Source of the DNA: an uncultured Paenalcaligenes sp.
GTDB taxonomy: Bacteria > Pseudomonadota > Gammaproteobacteria > Burkholderiales > Burkholderiaceae_B
Assembly: GCA_947626245.1 (NCBI GenBank)
Contig: CANQRK010000001.1
Span: 1-60,517 of the forward strand
Reading direction: 5' to 3'
Length of the DNA: 60,517 nucleotides
A program made the translations under genes and the position numbers. The first letter of the stretch is position 1, and each line of letters begins with the position of its first letter. Under the pieces are notes generated by a model, which was not told the DNA's origin, searched no databases, and saw only the letters and a list, made by a program, of their open reading frames with translations. This document shows, piece after piece, positions 1 through 9,673 of the stretch.

Positions 1-540
1 GGTTTATTCCTTGCCTTCCAATACCCTATCGAAATTCCCGGCGTTTCTAATGCCTATTTCTTGCGTACAGCCGTCAATGCTATCCGTCGCGAACAGGGCA
101 AGCCCGAGTTAGACGCGATTGACTTCCTTAAGCTAGTAAAACAAGAAATGAAAGACGTCGGCATGCGCGAAGAATTCTTACATCGCTCTGTTAACGAAGG
201 CTTTTCTGGCGGTGAGAAAAAACGCAACGAAGTGCTGCAAATGAGCATGCTTGAGCCTAAATTGGCTATTTTGGACGAAACTGACTCAGGTTTGGATATC
301 GATGCGCTCCGTGTCGTTGCCGATGGTGTAAACCGTTTGCGCTCTCCAGATCGCTCCATGATTGTTATTACGCACTACCAACGTTTGTTGGATTATATTG
401 TGCCTGATTTTGTACACGTTTTAGCGGGTGGTCGTATTATTCGCAGTGGTGATGCTAGCTTGGCACTAGAGCTCGAAGAGCGTGGTTATGGCTGGGTACT
501 AGAGCAAGCTGGCGTTGATGCCAAAGGAGTCGCGGTATGA
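1..540 (+). CDS. sufC: Fe-S cluster assembly ATPase SufC (5'-truncated by window)
   Basis: Frame open from base 1 ([17 protein letters not shown]); ABC signature FSGGEKKR, Walker [15 protein letters not shown]; followed by sufD. Confidence 0.96.
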   Translation, partial: GLFLAFQYPIEIPGVSNAYFLRTAVNAIRREQGKPELDAIDFLKLVKQEMKDVGMREEFLHRSVNEGFSGGEKKRNEVLQMSMLEPKLAILDETDSGLDIDALRVVADGVNRLRSPDRSMIVITHYQRLLDYIVPDFVHVLAGGRIIRSGDASLALELEERGYGWVLEQAGVDAKGVAV

Positions 541-1838
541 CCTCATTGCCCACTTGGGTAAATCCATTTGTCGAGCAGGCTGCCCAAAACGGTGCGGTGG
601 CTTGGCTTAGCGAATTGCGCCAACAGGGGTTAGCGCGTTTTGCCGCCGAGGGTTGGCCTACCACTCGCCTCGAAGCCTGGCGTCATACTTCATTGGCGCT
701 AATGGAGAAAAAAACCTACGAGCTAGCACAAAGCACAACAGCAGCGGCAGACTTGGTCGCAGCCTGTAAGCAAGACGAGGACGCCTATTGGCTTACTTTC
801 GTAAATGGTCAGTTTGATGCGGCAGCTTCTACTCTAAATACTGAAAAAGGCTTACGTTTGGCTTCGGTGGCGCAGTTATTGCGTGACGAGCCAGAGACTT
901 TGGTCGATATTTACGGTGATGCATCAAATGGCGCAAGCCCCGAGGCCTTAAACTTGGCCTTGGCCCAAGACGGTGCCTATGTGCGTGTGCAAAGAGGTGT
1001 TAGTATTAGCAAACCCATTCATTTGGTGTATGTGAATACCGATGCGCAGTCTGCTACCTTTACTCGTGGCTTTATTGCTCTCGAGGCCGGCGCGCATGCT
1101 ACGGTAGTCGAGCACTACCTAAGCACCGAAGATTACGCGGGCTTAACCAATGCCGTTAGCCGTATCTGGACTGATCGTGATGCGAATTTAGTTCATCTAA
1201 AATTGCAAAATCAAAGCGCTCAGTCTGTGCATTTGGCGGCAGTAGATACTAAGCAAGAACAGTCATCGCATTACGAGTCGCACTCGTTGTCGTTCGGTGC
1301 TAATTTAGCGCGTACAGCCATTGAGACGCATTTTAATGGTCAGCATTGCCACGCGTTGCTAAATGGCTTGTATTACGTTAATGACCGTCGCCATGTCGAT
1401 CACTACACGCAAATCCATCACGCTCAGCCGAACTGCACCAGTCACGAATACTACCGTGGCATTATGGCTGATCGCGGTCGTGGGGTGTTTTCTGGTCGTA
1501 TTATTGTGTACGAAGGGGCCGATGGTACCGATGCCATTCAGCGCTCTGATAGCCTGCTGTTATCTAAACTAGCCCGCACCGATACCAAGCCTGAACTCGA
1601 AATTTACGCTGATGACGTAAAATGTGCTCACGGTGCAACCGTAGGCCAAATTGACGAGGAAAGCTTGTTCTACTTGCGTTCCCGTGGTCTAAGCTACGAG
1701 CAGGCCTATAATGTCTTGATTTACGCTTTTGCTGCACAGGTGGTCGAGCGTATTCAGTCAGAGACCTTACGTCAGCGAGCCACTCAGGGTATTCAAAACT
1801 TGTTGCCAAGTGGTAAAGAAATCGGAGAGCAAATCTAA
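537..1838 (+). CDS. sufD: Fe-S cluster assembly protein SufD
   Basis: EAWRHT near the N-terminus; C-terminal [20 protein letters not shown] and FYLRSRG; ATGA overlap with sufC. Confidence 0.95.
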   Translation: MTSLPTWVNPFVEQAAQNGAVAWLSELRQQGLARFAAEGWPTTRLEAWRHTSLALMEKKTYELAQSTTAAADLVAACKQDEDAYWLTFVNGQFDAAASTLNTEKGLRLASVAQLLRDEPETLVDIYGDASNGASPEALNLALAQDGAYVRVQRGVSISKPIHLVYVNTDAQSATFTRGFIALEAGAHATVVEHYLSTEDYAGLTNAVSRIWTDRDANLVHLKLQNQSAQSVHLAAVDTKQEQSSHYESHSLSFGANLARTAIETHFNGQHCHALLNGLYYVNDRRHVDHYTQIHHAQPNCTSHEYYRGIMADRGRGVFSGRIIVYEGADGTDAIQRSDSLLLSKLARTDTKPELEIYADDVKCAHGATVGQIDEESLFYLRSRGLSYEQAYNVLIYAFAAQVVERIQSETLRQRATQGIQNLLPSGKEIGEQI

Positions 1839-1839
1839 T

Positions 1840-3090
1840 ATGTCACAGCCGATCACTCAACCTGCATTGCAGCTCGATCGGCGTGCCGACTTTCCAATCT
1901 TGGCGCAGCCCATTCGTGGGCAGCGCCTTGTTTATTTGGATAACGGTGCGACCACTCAAAAGCCAGCTGTAGTCATTCAGGCAGAAAAAGACTTTTATGA
2001 AAAGTACAATGCCAACATTCATCGTGGTGTGCACTGGCTATCGCAGTATGCAACGGACTTGTATGACCAAGCCCGTGTAGTAACACAGCAGTTCTTACAT
2101 GCCGCTCGTGTCGAGGAAATTGTTTTTACTAGCGGTACCACGGACAGCATTAACTTGGTGGCGTATACCTGGGGCTTAGACAATCTACAGCCTGGGGATG
2201 AAATTTTATTGACTCACCTAGAGCACCATTCCAATATTGTGCCTTGGCAGTTGATTGCCCAAAAAACAGGGGCCGTGATCAAAGTGGTACCTGTGCTTGA
2301 AAATGGCGAACTGGATTTGGACGCCTATCAACAGTTGCTTAGCACTAAAACTAAATTAGTGGGTGTGGTGCATGTGTCTAATGCCTTGGGTACGGTAAAC
2401 CCTGTGGCTGACATGATTCAACAAGCCCATGCTGTGGGTGCTAAAGTATTGGTAGACGGTGCTCAAGCGGTGGCGCATCAGGCCATTGATGTGCAAGCCC
2501 TAGATTGTGATTTTTATGTCTTTTCTGGTCATAAAATCTATGGTCCTACTGGCACAGGGGTGTTGTACGCCAAGTACGAAATCCTAGATGCTATGTCTCC
2601 TTGGCGTGGTGGTGGCGACATGATCCACACCGTTAGCTTCGAGGGCAGTACCTATGCGCCCGTACCGCAACGGTTTGAAGCCGGTACACCTAATATTGCT
2701 GGTGTGATTGTTTTGGCCGAGGCCTTGCGCTATGTGCAGTCTATTGGTTTGGATCGCATTGCGCAGCACGAGGCGGCTTTGTTGCAGTATGCAACGCAGC
2801 AGTTGTCAGCCATGAAAGGCATTCAGTTAGTGGGTACTGCAGCTCATAAAGCAGGGGTTGTCTCCTTTTTAGTCGATGAGATTCATCCTCACGATCTAGG
2901 AACGATTCTTGATATGGATGGTGTCGCTATTCGTGCTGGTCATCATTGTGCGATGCCTCTAATGACTCGTTTTGGTATCCCCGGGACGGCTCGTGCTTCG
3001 TTTGCTCTGTATAATCAGTTTGATGATGTGGATGCCTTAGTAGCCAGTTTGAAAAAAGCACAAAAATTATTTGGAGTCTCCTATGAGTGA
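1840..3090 (+). CDS. sufS: Cysteine desulfurase SufS (group II)
   Basis: YLDNGATTQKP, PLP lysine motif SGHK, catalytic RAGHHCA; start moved to ATG 1840, just after the sufD stop. Confidence 0.96.
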   Translation: MSQPITQPALQLDRRADFPILAQPIRGQRLVYLDNGATTQKPAVVIQAEKDFYEKYNANIHRGVHWLSQYATDLYDQARVVTQQFLHAARVEEIVFTSGTTDSINLVAYTWGLDNLQPGDEILLTHLEHHSNIVPWQLIAQKTGAVIKVVPVLENGELDLDAYQQLLSTKTKLVGVVHVSNALGTVNPVADMIQQAHAVGAKVLVDGAQAVAHQAIDVQALDCDFYVFSGHKIYGPTGTGVLYAKYEILDAMSPWRGGGDMIHTVSFEGSTYAPVPQRFEAGTPNIAGVIVLAEALRYVQSIGLDRIAQHEAALLQYATQQLSAMKGIQLVGTAAHKAGVVSFLVDEIHPHDLGTILDMDGVAIRAGHHCAMPLMTRFGIPGTARASFALYNQFDDVDALVASLKKAQKLFGVSYE

Positions 3091-3535
3091 GGATTTTGGC
3101 GGACTAAGAGAGCTCTACCAAGAGGTCATTTTTGATCATAACCGCAACCCCCGTAATTTTGCTCACATGGAGGAAGCAACCCACAAGGCAGACGGCCATA
3201 ACCCTCTGTGTGGTGATCAATTGCGTGTTTATGTCCGCATGAATGGCGATGTGGTAGAAGAGGTCAGCTTTATTGGTCAGGGTTGTGCTATTTCTAAAGC
3301 CTCTGCTTCACTAATGACAGAGGCCTGCAAAGGCAAAACCAAGGCCGAGGTAGAGCAACTGTTTGCAGATATGCACGCCATGCTAACTACCGAACACCCC
3401 GATCGTGATCTAGGTAAACTAGAGGTATTGTCTGGGGTGAAAGAGTTTCCGGCGCGTGTAAAGTGTGCTTCCTTAGCGTGGCATACCCTAGACAACGCGA
3501 TTCACCAATCTGATGACGTCGCTAAAACTGAATAA
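3083..3535 (+). CDS. sufU: SUF-system NifU-family sulfur-transfer protein SufU
   Basis: LYQEVIFDH, NPLCGD, GCAIS, RVKCA (conserved Cys/Asp ligands); GGAG upstream of ATG 3083. Confidence 0.93.
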   Translation: MSEDFGGLRELYQEVIFDHNRNPRNFAHMEEATHKADGHNPLCGDQLRVYVRMNGDVVEEVSFIGQGCAISKASASLMTEACKGKTKAEVEQLFADMHAMLTTEHPDRDLGKLEVLSGVKEFPARVKCASLAWHTLDNAIHQSDDVAKTE

Positions 3536-3549
3536 AGGCAGTGTAAGTA

Positions 3550-4107
3550 ATGAGTTATTTTGAGCGCGAAGAAGTCATTGTTAGTCGTGATTGCCCCGCA
3601 GTCACTATTCCTTATGGTTCTCCTGTCACTATCGAAGGAGGCTGCAGTGCTACCATTACTCAAAAGCTAGGTAATAGCTATACGGTAATTGTAGAAGGCA
3701 ATATGTATCGTATCGAAGGGGTCGATGGCGATGCCATTGGGCAGGAAATCAAAGAAGAAGACGTGTTCGTGCCCGAGCAGCCTGCGACAGAAAAAACCAT
3801 CGAGGATGCGTGTTGGATTGTACTTAGCGAGGTCTTTGACCCAGAGATCCCCGTTGATATTGTGAACTTGGGCTTGGTTTACAAGTGCCACGTTAGCCAA
3901 GAAGGTCCAGATCATTTCAATGTGTTGTTAGATATGACCTTAACAGCACCAGGATGTGGTATGGGACCCATTATTGCCGAAGAAGCCCGCTTCAAGGTAT
4001 TAACCATTCAGGGTGTGCAGCAAGCAGAGGTTAACTTGGTGTGGGATCCGCCATGGAGCCGAGAGATGATGAGTGAGTCAGCTCGTCTACAGCTTGGGAT
4101 GCTTTAA
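3550..4107 (+). CDS. sufT: Fe-S assembly protein SufT (DUF59 domain)
   Basis: DPEIPVDIVNLGLVY, MTLTAPGCGMG, VWDPPW. Confidence 0.92.
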   Translation: MSYFEREEVIVSRDCPAVTIPYGSPVTIEGGCSATITQKLGNSYTVIVEGNMYRIEGVDGDAIGQEIKEEDVFVPEQPATEKTIEDACWIVLSEVFDPEIPVDIVNLGLVYKCHVSQEGPDHFNVLLDMTLTAPGCGMGPIIAEEARFKVLTIQGVQQAEVNLVWDPPWSREMMSESARLQLGML

Positions 4108-4124
4108 GTAAATAGTCGTATCAT

Positions 4125-4160
4125 AAAAACCGCTTTTTTTTAACAAAAACAGCGGTTTTT
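4125..4160. terminator. Intrinsic terminator after the suf operon
   Basis: AAAAACCGCT...AGCGGTTTTT inverted repeat. Confidence 0.75.
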
Positions 4161-4235
4161 ACATTTCGTTACTTATTAAGCATAAAATCTCTGTAAATAA
4201 AAAATTACTTTCCCTCGCTTATTTATAAATGCAAA

Positions 4236-5438
4236 ATGCCGAATAGTTATTGTATTGCTTTACAGCCCATCTGCGATCATGAAATGCGACATATAGCAGA
4301 TGAGTTGCTCTATCGCTCTAGCGCCAATGCGCAGCATGCTGACTTTAGTGACGGTGTGTTAGCAACGGCTAGAGCTAGTCATATTGCTTTTTATGAAATA
4401 GGCTTAGAAAAATTAGTAGGTCGGCGACAGTTATTTATTAATGCACCCCGAAATTGGCTCTTAAATCCCGAGTTATTGCCCCCTCATTCTTCGCAAGTGG
4501 TGCTCGAGGTGCTCGAAGATGTAGTGGCTGAGCCCAAGATATTGCAAGCCCTTAGTCGATTAAGGCAACAGGGTTATCAAATTGCCCTAGATGACTTTAT
4601 GTTAAGCGAAGCCACCCGTTTATTAGTCAGTTATGCCGATTATGTAAAAATAGACCGATGGCAAACGATTACCCTAGAAGAAATTGCATACTATAAGCAC
4701 CATAAAATAAAAATCATCGCTGAAAAGGTTGAAACTCATAGTGATTTTGAGTTGCTAGTTAAAAAGGGGTTTGATTATTTCCAAGGCTATTTTTATGCTA
4801 AACCTCAAATAAAAACTGAATCAGCTCATGAGCGCTTGTTTAATCGTCAAGCATTAATGCGGTTGTTGGCTCAGTTGCAGCACGAGTTCGTGGACTACGA
4901 AGAGCTCAAGCAGCTAATTTTGCTAGATCCACACTTAACCTATGTCATTTTAAAACATACCAATAGCGCTTTTTATGCGCTACATCAGCCAGTCACCTCG
5001 ATTCAAACCGCCATTCAGGTGTTGGGCTTGCGTCGTTTGCGTGCATTGGTGGCTTCGCAGCTATTTTCGGCTAAACATACGAATACCGAATTACTGCTCG
5101 CACCGATTTTGACCTTTGCTGCGATGTGTGAAAACTTGGCAGGCTTATATGGCATTAATGGGCATTTGGCTTTTGTCGTGGGGCTGCTATCCAAGGTCCA
5201 TGTTGTGTTTGGTGATTCCTACGGAGAGCTCTTAATCCATTTGTCTCTACCCGAAGACGTGATTGATCAGCTTGAGGCCAGACAGGGACATTATGGTCGT
5301 TTGTTGGGTTTAGTAGAAAGTTTTGAAAACAGCGATGTCAGTCGCTTGAGCGAGGACGAGGTGGCATTACTGAACGAGGTATGGGTAGAAAGCCGAGTCT
5401 GGGTGCAAGACGTATTGGCACATATTGATCAGGGTTAA
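4236..5438 (+). CDS. EAL + HDOD domain protein (YuxH-like c-di-GMP phosphodiesterase family)
   Basis: LQPI..DELLYR, LEVLE, ALDDF, KID, AEKVET, FQGYFY; C-terminal DPHLTYVILKHTNSAFY..SIQTAIQVLG typical of HDOD. Confidence 0.85.
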   Translation: MPNSYCIALQPICDHEMRHIADELLYRSSANAQHADFSDGVLATARASHIAFYEIGLEKLVGRRQLFINAPRNWLLNPELLPPHSSQVVLEVLEDVVAEPKILQALSRLRQQGYQIALDDFMLSEATRLLVSYADYVKIDRWQTITLEEIAYYKHHKIKIIAEKVETHSDFELLVKKGFDYFQGYFYAKPQIKTESAHERLFNRQALMRLLAQLQHEFVDYEELKQLILLDPHLTYVILKHTNSAFYALHQPVTSIQTAIQVLGLRRLRALVASQLFSAKHTNTELLLAPILTFAAMCENLAGLYGINGHLAFVVGLLSKVHVVFGDSYGELLIHLSLPEDVIDQLEARQGHYGRLLGLVESFENSDVSRLSEDEVALLNEVWVESRVWVQDVLAHIDQG

Positions 5439-5503
5439 TTCTTTGATTAATGTGTAAGCGTCGGACCGGTTTACAGCGGGGGCTCCGCCTCCATTTTTTG
5501 CAA

Positions 5504-5531
5504 AAAAAGCAGCACAAACGTGCTGCTTTTT
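5504..5531. terminator. Intrinsic terminator
   Basis: AAAAAGCAGCAC-AAAC-GTGCTGCTTTTT. Confidence 0.85.
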
Positions 5532-5599
5532 CATGTGTGCTTTGGGTGGGTATGATAGGCTAAGAAGTTAACATGTGCGATTAATCTTCAGGAGTCTTT

Positions 5600-6703
5600 A
5601 TGCAAACCAAAGCAGCGATCACCTTCGGTGTAGGTAAACCTTTCGAGATTCACTCCATTCAGGTAGCTCCCGTGCAGTCTGATGAAATCCGCATCAAAAT
5701 GGTGGCATCAGGGGTGTGTCACACGGATGCAGTGGCACGTGACCTTGAGGGGGTCTTTCCTTTGCCGGGTATTTTAGGTCACGAAGGCTCAGGTATTGTC
5801 GAGGCAGTGGGGGCGGGCGTTAATACGGTGCAGGTAGGCGATCATGTAGTGCTCAGCTTTGCTAATTGCCATCGTTGCGATCATTGTCTTAGTGGACATC
5901 CTACCGTTTGTGCAGAGTTTAACCCATTGAACTTTGGTGGTTTTCTCGAAGGTGGACATACGCCTTATTCCTTAAATGATCAGCCGTTGTCTATCTTTTT
6001 TGGTCAGTCTTCTTTTAGTCAGACCGTAGTTACCAAAGCGGATAATGTGGTAGTGGTTGATAAGGATGTCGATTTGGCTCTATTGGGTCCATTGGGTTGT
6101 GGCATTCAAACAGGGGCTGGCACCGTTCTGAATCGTTTACGCCCCAAGGCAAACGAGGGTATTGTGGTGTTTGGTGCGGGTGCGGTGGGGCTAAGTGCGA
6201 TTATGGCGGCTAAGGTAGTGGGTTGCTATCCCATTATTGCTGTTGATGTCCATGATCACCGCCTAGAGTTAGCCAAAGAGCTAGGTGCAACCCATCTAAT
6301 GAACGGGAAAACCGATGAGGTAGTGGCTGAGATCCATGCCTTAACTCGAATAGGCACGCCTTATGCTGTAGAAACCACCGGTGTGCCTGTTGTGGTTAAG
6401 CAAGCTTTAGCAGCGATTAAACCGCTAGGGACAGTGGCGATTGTGGGCTTTACGGGTGATGTGACATTAAATATCCAAACAGAACTCATGGCCGAGGGTA
6501 AGTCTATGATTGGTGTTATCGAAGGCGATAGCATCCCTAAGATCTTTATTCCTCAGCTTATCTCTCTTTACAAGCAGGGCAAATTCCCCTTTGATCGCTT
6601 GGTGCAGTTTTACGAGCTAGAGCAAATTAATCAAGCCTTTGAGGACTCTGCCAGTGGTGCCGTCATTAAACCTATTTTACGCATGGAAGATTCCTCTCTT
6701 TAA
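5600..6703 (+). CDS. Zn-dependent NAD(P) alcohol dehydrogenase, aryl/benzyl-alcohol dehydrogenase (XylB/AreB)-like
   Basis: GVCHTD, GHEGSG, structural Zn C-x2-C-x2-C-x7-C, FFGQSSF, PLGCGIQTGAG, GAGAVG; AGGAG RBS. Confidence 0.85.
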   Translation: MQTKAAITFGVGKPFEIHSIQVAPVQSDEIRIKMVASGVCHTDAVARDLEGVFPLPGILGHEGSGIVEAVGAGVNTVQVGDHVVLSFANCHRCDHCLSGHPTVCAEFNPLNFGGFLEGGHTPYSLNDQPLSIFFGQSSFSQTVVTKADNVVVVDKDVDLALLGPLGCGIQTGAGTVLNRLRPKANEGIVVFGAGAVGLSAIMAAKVVGCYPIIAVDVHDHRLELAKELGATHLMNGKTDEVVAEIHALTRIGTPYAVETTGVPVVVKQALAAIKPLGTVAIVGFTGDVTLNIQTELMAEGKSMIGVIEGDSIPKIFIPQLISLYKQGKFPFDRLVQFYELEQINQAFEDSASGAVIKPILRMEDSSL

Positions 6704-6715
6704 GCGAAACCAATT

Positions 6716-7255
6716 ATGAAGAAAATCGTTTTGGGTGCTTTAAGCGCGTTGGTATTAGCGGGTTGTGCAAGTCATCAACCTTTGCCAGTCCAAGAGCCGC
6801 TGCAGTTAACTGAGTATATGGGAACATGGCACGAGCAAGCTCGTTTGCCGAATCGTTTTCAAACACATTGTGTGGCCGAGGTGTCGGCTCAATACGAACA
6901 GATCTCTAGCGATACCGTTTCGGTGGAAAATCAATGCGTAACGGAAACGGGTGAACGTACGGTTGCCAAAGCCCTAGCACGACTCAATGCCTCGCAGGAT
7001 CCTCTTAATCCAGCCATTTTGCAGGTACGCTTTGCCCCCGAGTGGTTATCTTGGTGGCCAGGTGTTTGGGGTGATTATTGGATTATGCGTGTAGAGGGTA
7101 ACTATGAGTATGCCTTGGTAGGGACCCCAGATAGGAAGTATCTGTGGGTGTTATCTCGCGAGGCCAAAGGAGACTCTGCTCTCATTCAAGCCTTGTTAGA
7201 GTATGCGGGTGAACAAGGCTTTGCCATTGACGAAGTGCGCTATACCAACCCTTAG
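6716..7255 (+). CDS. blc: Outer-membrane lipocalin lipoprotein
   Basis: Lipobox LAGC, YMGTWHEQARLP, GDYWI, YLWVLSR. Confidence 0.9.
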   Translation: MKKIVLGALSALVLAGCASHQPLPVQEPLQLTEYMGTWHEQARLPNRFQTHCVAEVSAQYEQISSDTVSVENQCVTETGERTVAKALARLNASQDPLNPAILQVRFAPEWLSWWPGVWGDYWIMRVEGNYEYALVGTPDRKYLWVLSREAKGDSALIQALLEYAGEQGFAIDEVRYTNP

Positions 7256-7273
7256 TGTTTTGTTGTCTTGATT

Positions 7274-7310
7274 AAAGGCCGCCCGATCTCTCTGAGTTGG
7301 GCGGGTTTTT
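7274..7310. terminator. Terminator between convergent blc and GntR genes
   Basis: AAAGGCCGCCCGATCTC...GAGTTGGGCGGGTTTTT GC-rich stem with U tract. Confidence 0.75.
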
Positions 7311-8053
7311 TATTCGGAGTACATGATGCGTAAGGCAGGTAAAACCTGTTGAGCTATTTCAGGGTTTTTTTCGGCGTATTCTAGATTCAGGCAAGCGACC
7401 TCTACGTGCTCTTCGCCTAGAGCTTGGGCACGGCTACTTTGGCCGTGGACGATGGCATGAACCAATGCGTGGTGTTGTAGATGAGCGTGCTGCATCCAGC
7501 GAGGCCCTTCTTCTATGGAGGATTGCATAGGCAGCATGGCACTGGGGGCGGTAAATGGGTGACTAAGTAAGCTTTCCATTTGACGTTGAATAATGCGGTT
7601 ATTGCAGTTTTTTAGAATTAAATCATGAAAATGTGTATTGACCTCGGCATAAGTAGCATAGTCATCCATGGACATTTCCACTTTGAAAACAGCAGCGTCT
7701 GCTTCAACTAAGCAGGCTCGTAGCTGTTGCTCTAGGCGCTTGTTGATGCCATTTTCTGCCAAGTGGCGAGCGGCATAGCCCTCGAGTAAGCCGCGCATAC
7801 GAATGGAATCTGTGGTTTCTTGAGTGGTAAAACCGCGCATTCTATAGCCACCACTTTCCAAAGGCTCGACCAACCCTTCGTGTTCTAGCGCAGTCAGTGC
7901 TAAGCGAATGGGGGTGCGTGAGGTGTTTAAACGCTCTGCCAGCGGTATTTCAGCTAAACGCTCTCCGGGGGCAAAGCTTCCTTTCAATATAAGGTCTCGC
8001 AATAAGAGTAGAGCCCGTGATTGTTGGGAGCCCGCTGAGTGTAGATCTGACAT
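7310..8053 (-). CDS. GntR-family regulator with FCD domain (VanR-like)
   Basis: wHTH PGERLAEIPLAERLNTSRTPIRLALTALEHEGLV; FCD NTHFH, HLQHH; divergent from the Rieske operon. Confidence 0.9.
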   Translation of the reverse strand: MSDLHSAGSQQSRALLLLRDLILKGSFAPGERLAEIPLAERLNTSRTPIRLALTALEHEGLVEPLESGGYRMRGFTTQETTDSIRMRGLLEGYAARHLAENGINKRLEQQLRACLVEADAAVFKVEMSMDDYATYAEVNTHFHDLILKNCNNRIIQRQMESLLSHPFTAPSAMLPMQSSIEEGPRWMQHAHLQHHALVHAIVHGQSSRAQALGEEHVEVACLNLEYAEKNPEIAQQVLPALRIMYSE

Positions 8054-8137
8054 AAAGCTCCTTGTAGCAAAAAGTCATCGTGTAATTATAAGGGGGCTTT
8101 CTTTCTTTACTGCAGAGAAATGCCCTAGTGAGTTCAA

Positions 8138-8149
8138 TTGTATACAGTT
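8138..8149. promoter_or_regulatory. Putative GntR operator 1
   Basis: ATTGTATACAGT with palindromic TGTATACA core in the divergent promoter region. Confidence 0.55.
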
Positions 8150-8179
8150 TGTGTTATTTGCTCATCGTTAACCCTTGGG

Positions 8180-8219
8180 GGTTTTCCCTTCATTTTTATT
8201 CATCTTATTGATTATAAAC
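8180..8219. promoter_or_regulatory. Composite GGTTTTCCCT box + IHF-like site (copy 1)
   Basis: 33/40 ungapped identity to 21088-21127; minus strand AATCAATAAGATG is close to the IHF consensus WATCAANNNNTTR. Confidence 0.55.
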
Positions 8220-8296
8220 AATAAATAAAAAATAACTATTTTTTAAGATACTTGAGATTTAAAGTTTTTGAACTTATTGTGTGCAGGAAGCAGGTT

Positions 8297-8308
8297 ATTG
8301 GATTCACT
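8297..8308. promoter_or_regulatory. Putative GntR operator 2
   Basis: ATTGGATTCACT, 10/12 to the ATTGGATCCAAT palindrome of VanR-type operators, just upstream of the Rieske RBS. Confidence 0.45.
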
Positions 8309-8336
8309 GTAAATATGAGTTGGAGGAGAACGTCTT

Positions 8337-9665
8337 ATGATGAGCCAAGAGCAAAATGATTTTATTACACGAGTAGGGCCTAAGGAGCCAGCAGGCCAAC
8401 TATTGCGCCAATATTGGCAACCCATTGCTTTAAGTGATGAGCTAGAGGGCGTGCATAAAATCAAAGCAGTGCGAGTGTTAGGGCAGGATTTTGTGTTGTT
8501 TAAGCAAGAGGACGGCAGTTTGGGTTTGCTAGATAAACACTGTTCTCACCGCGGTGCTGACTTAACCTATGGGCGCCTAGAGGATGGAGGAATTCGCTGT
8601 CCATTTCATGGCTGGTTATTTGATGCGACAGGCAACTGTTTAGAAACACCGGCCGAGCCCGAGGGCAGCAAGCTCTGTACGCGCATCAAACAGGGCGCTT
8701 ATCCTGTGCAAGAACGTTCCGGCATTATTTTTGGTTATTTTGGAATTGGTGAGGCTCCTGCTTTTCCCGAGTTAGATTGTTTTAATGCACCCGATACCCA
8801 TGTTTTTGCCTTTAAAGGATTATTTGAATGCAATTGGCTGCAGGCTTTAGAGGTTGGGATTGATCCGGCTCATGCTTCCTATTTGCATCGTTTTTTTGAG
8901 GACGAAGACGAAACCGCCAGTTATGGCAAACAGTTTCGTAGTACCTCGGCTGATTCAGATTTGCCTGTGACGAAAGTGCTCAGAGAGTACGATCGTCCGA
9001 CGCTAGAGGTGGAGGAGTCGGAGGTTGGCATGCGCTTAACCGCAGTCCGAGAGCTAGATGAAGATCAGCGCCACGTACGCATCACCAATTTGGTTTTCCC
9101 CCAAGCTATTGTGATTCCTATGAGTTCAAACATGACCATTTCACAATGGCATGTGCCGGTTGACGACCATAACTGCTATTGGTATGCCATTTTCACTAGC
9201 TTTACTGATGCCGTAGATAAGGAGCAAATGCGTGCGCAACGTCTAGAGCTCTATGAGTTACCTGATTATATTTCTCGTAGAAATCGTTCAAATAATTATG
9301 GCTTTGACCCAGTAGAACAACAGAAATCCACCTATTTGGGTATGGGTCACGATATTAATGTGCATGATCAGTGGGCCGTAGAGTCTCAAGGCTTTATCCA
9401 AGACCGCACCAAAGAGCATTTAGGTACGACAGATAAGGGCATTATTTTATATCGCCGACTATTAACTCGAGCTATTAAAGCGTGTTTGGCGGCAGAGTAC
9501 GAGGCATTGCCTTTACGACCTACCGCAGAAACAGCGCATTTGTTCACTGGGCCCATTGCCATTGATGGTGTGACGTCACAGCACACGCCACAAGCGTATT
9601 TGGAATATGCCGATCAAGACCGCCGCAATAAGAGTTCGTGGGCGACTTCTGTAACCAGTGAATAG
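8337..9665 (+). CDS. Rieske non-heme iron oxygenase, alpha-only (phthalate 4,5-dioxygenase-like family)
   Basis: Rieske CSH...CPFHGW; mononuclear Fe DPAHASYLH and HDQWAVESQG; EHLGTTDKGI; no beta subunit adjacent. Confidence 0.9.
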   Translation: MMSQEQNDFITRVGPKEPAGQLLRQYWQPIALSDELEGVHKIKAVRVLGQDFVLFKQEDGSLGLLDKHCSHRGADLTYGRLEDGGIRCPFHGWLFDATGNCLETPAEPEGSKLCTRIKQGAYPVQERSGIIFGYFGIGEAPAFPELDCFNAPDTHVFAFKGLFECNWLQALEVGIDPAHASYLHRFFEDEDETASYGKQFRSTSADSDLPVTKVLREYDRPTLEVEESEVGMRLTAVRELDEDQRHVRITNLVFPQAIVIPMSSNMTISQWHVPVDDHNCYWYAIFTSFTDAVDKEQMRAQRLELYELPDYISRRNRSNNYGFDPVEQQKSTYLGMGHDINVHDQWAVESQGFIQDRTKEHLGTTDKGIILYRRLLTRAIKACLAAEYEALPLRPTAETAHLFTGPIAIDGVTSQHTPQAYLEYADQDRRNKSSWATSVTSE

Positions 9666-9673
9666 GAGATGTT

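Noticed and set aside
5451-5495. Faint resemblance to a tmRNA/tRNA 3' end (TCGGAC...CCGCCTCCA) as a possible att remnant
   Set aside because: No T-arm GTTCRA loop, no second copy and no integrase nearby.
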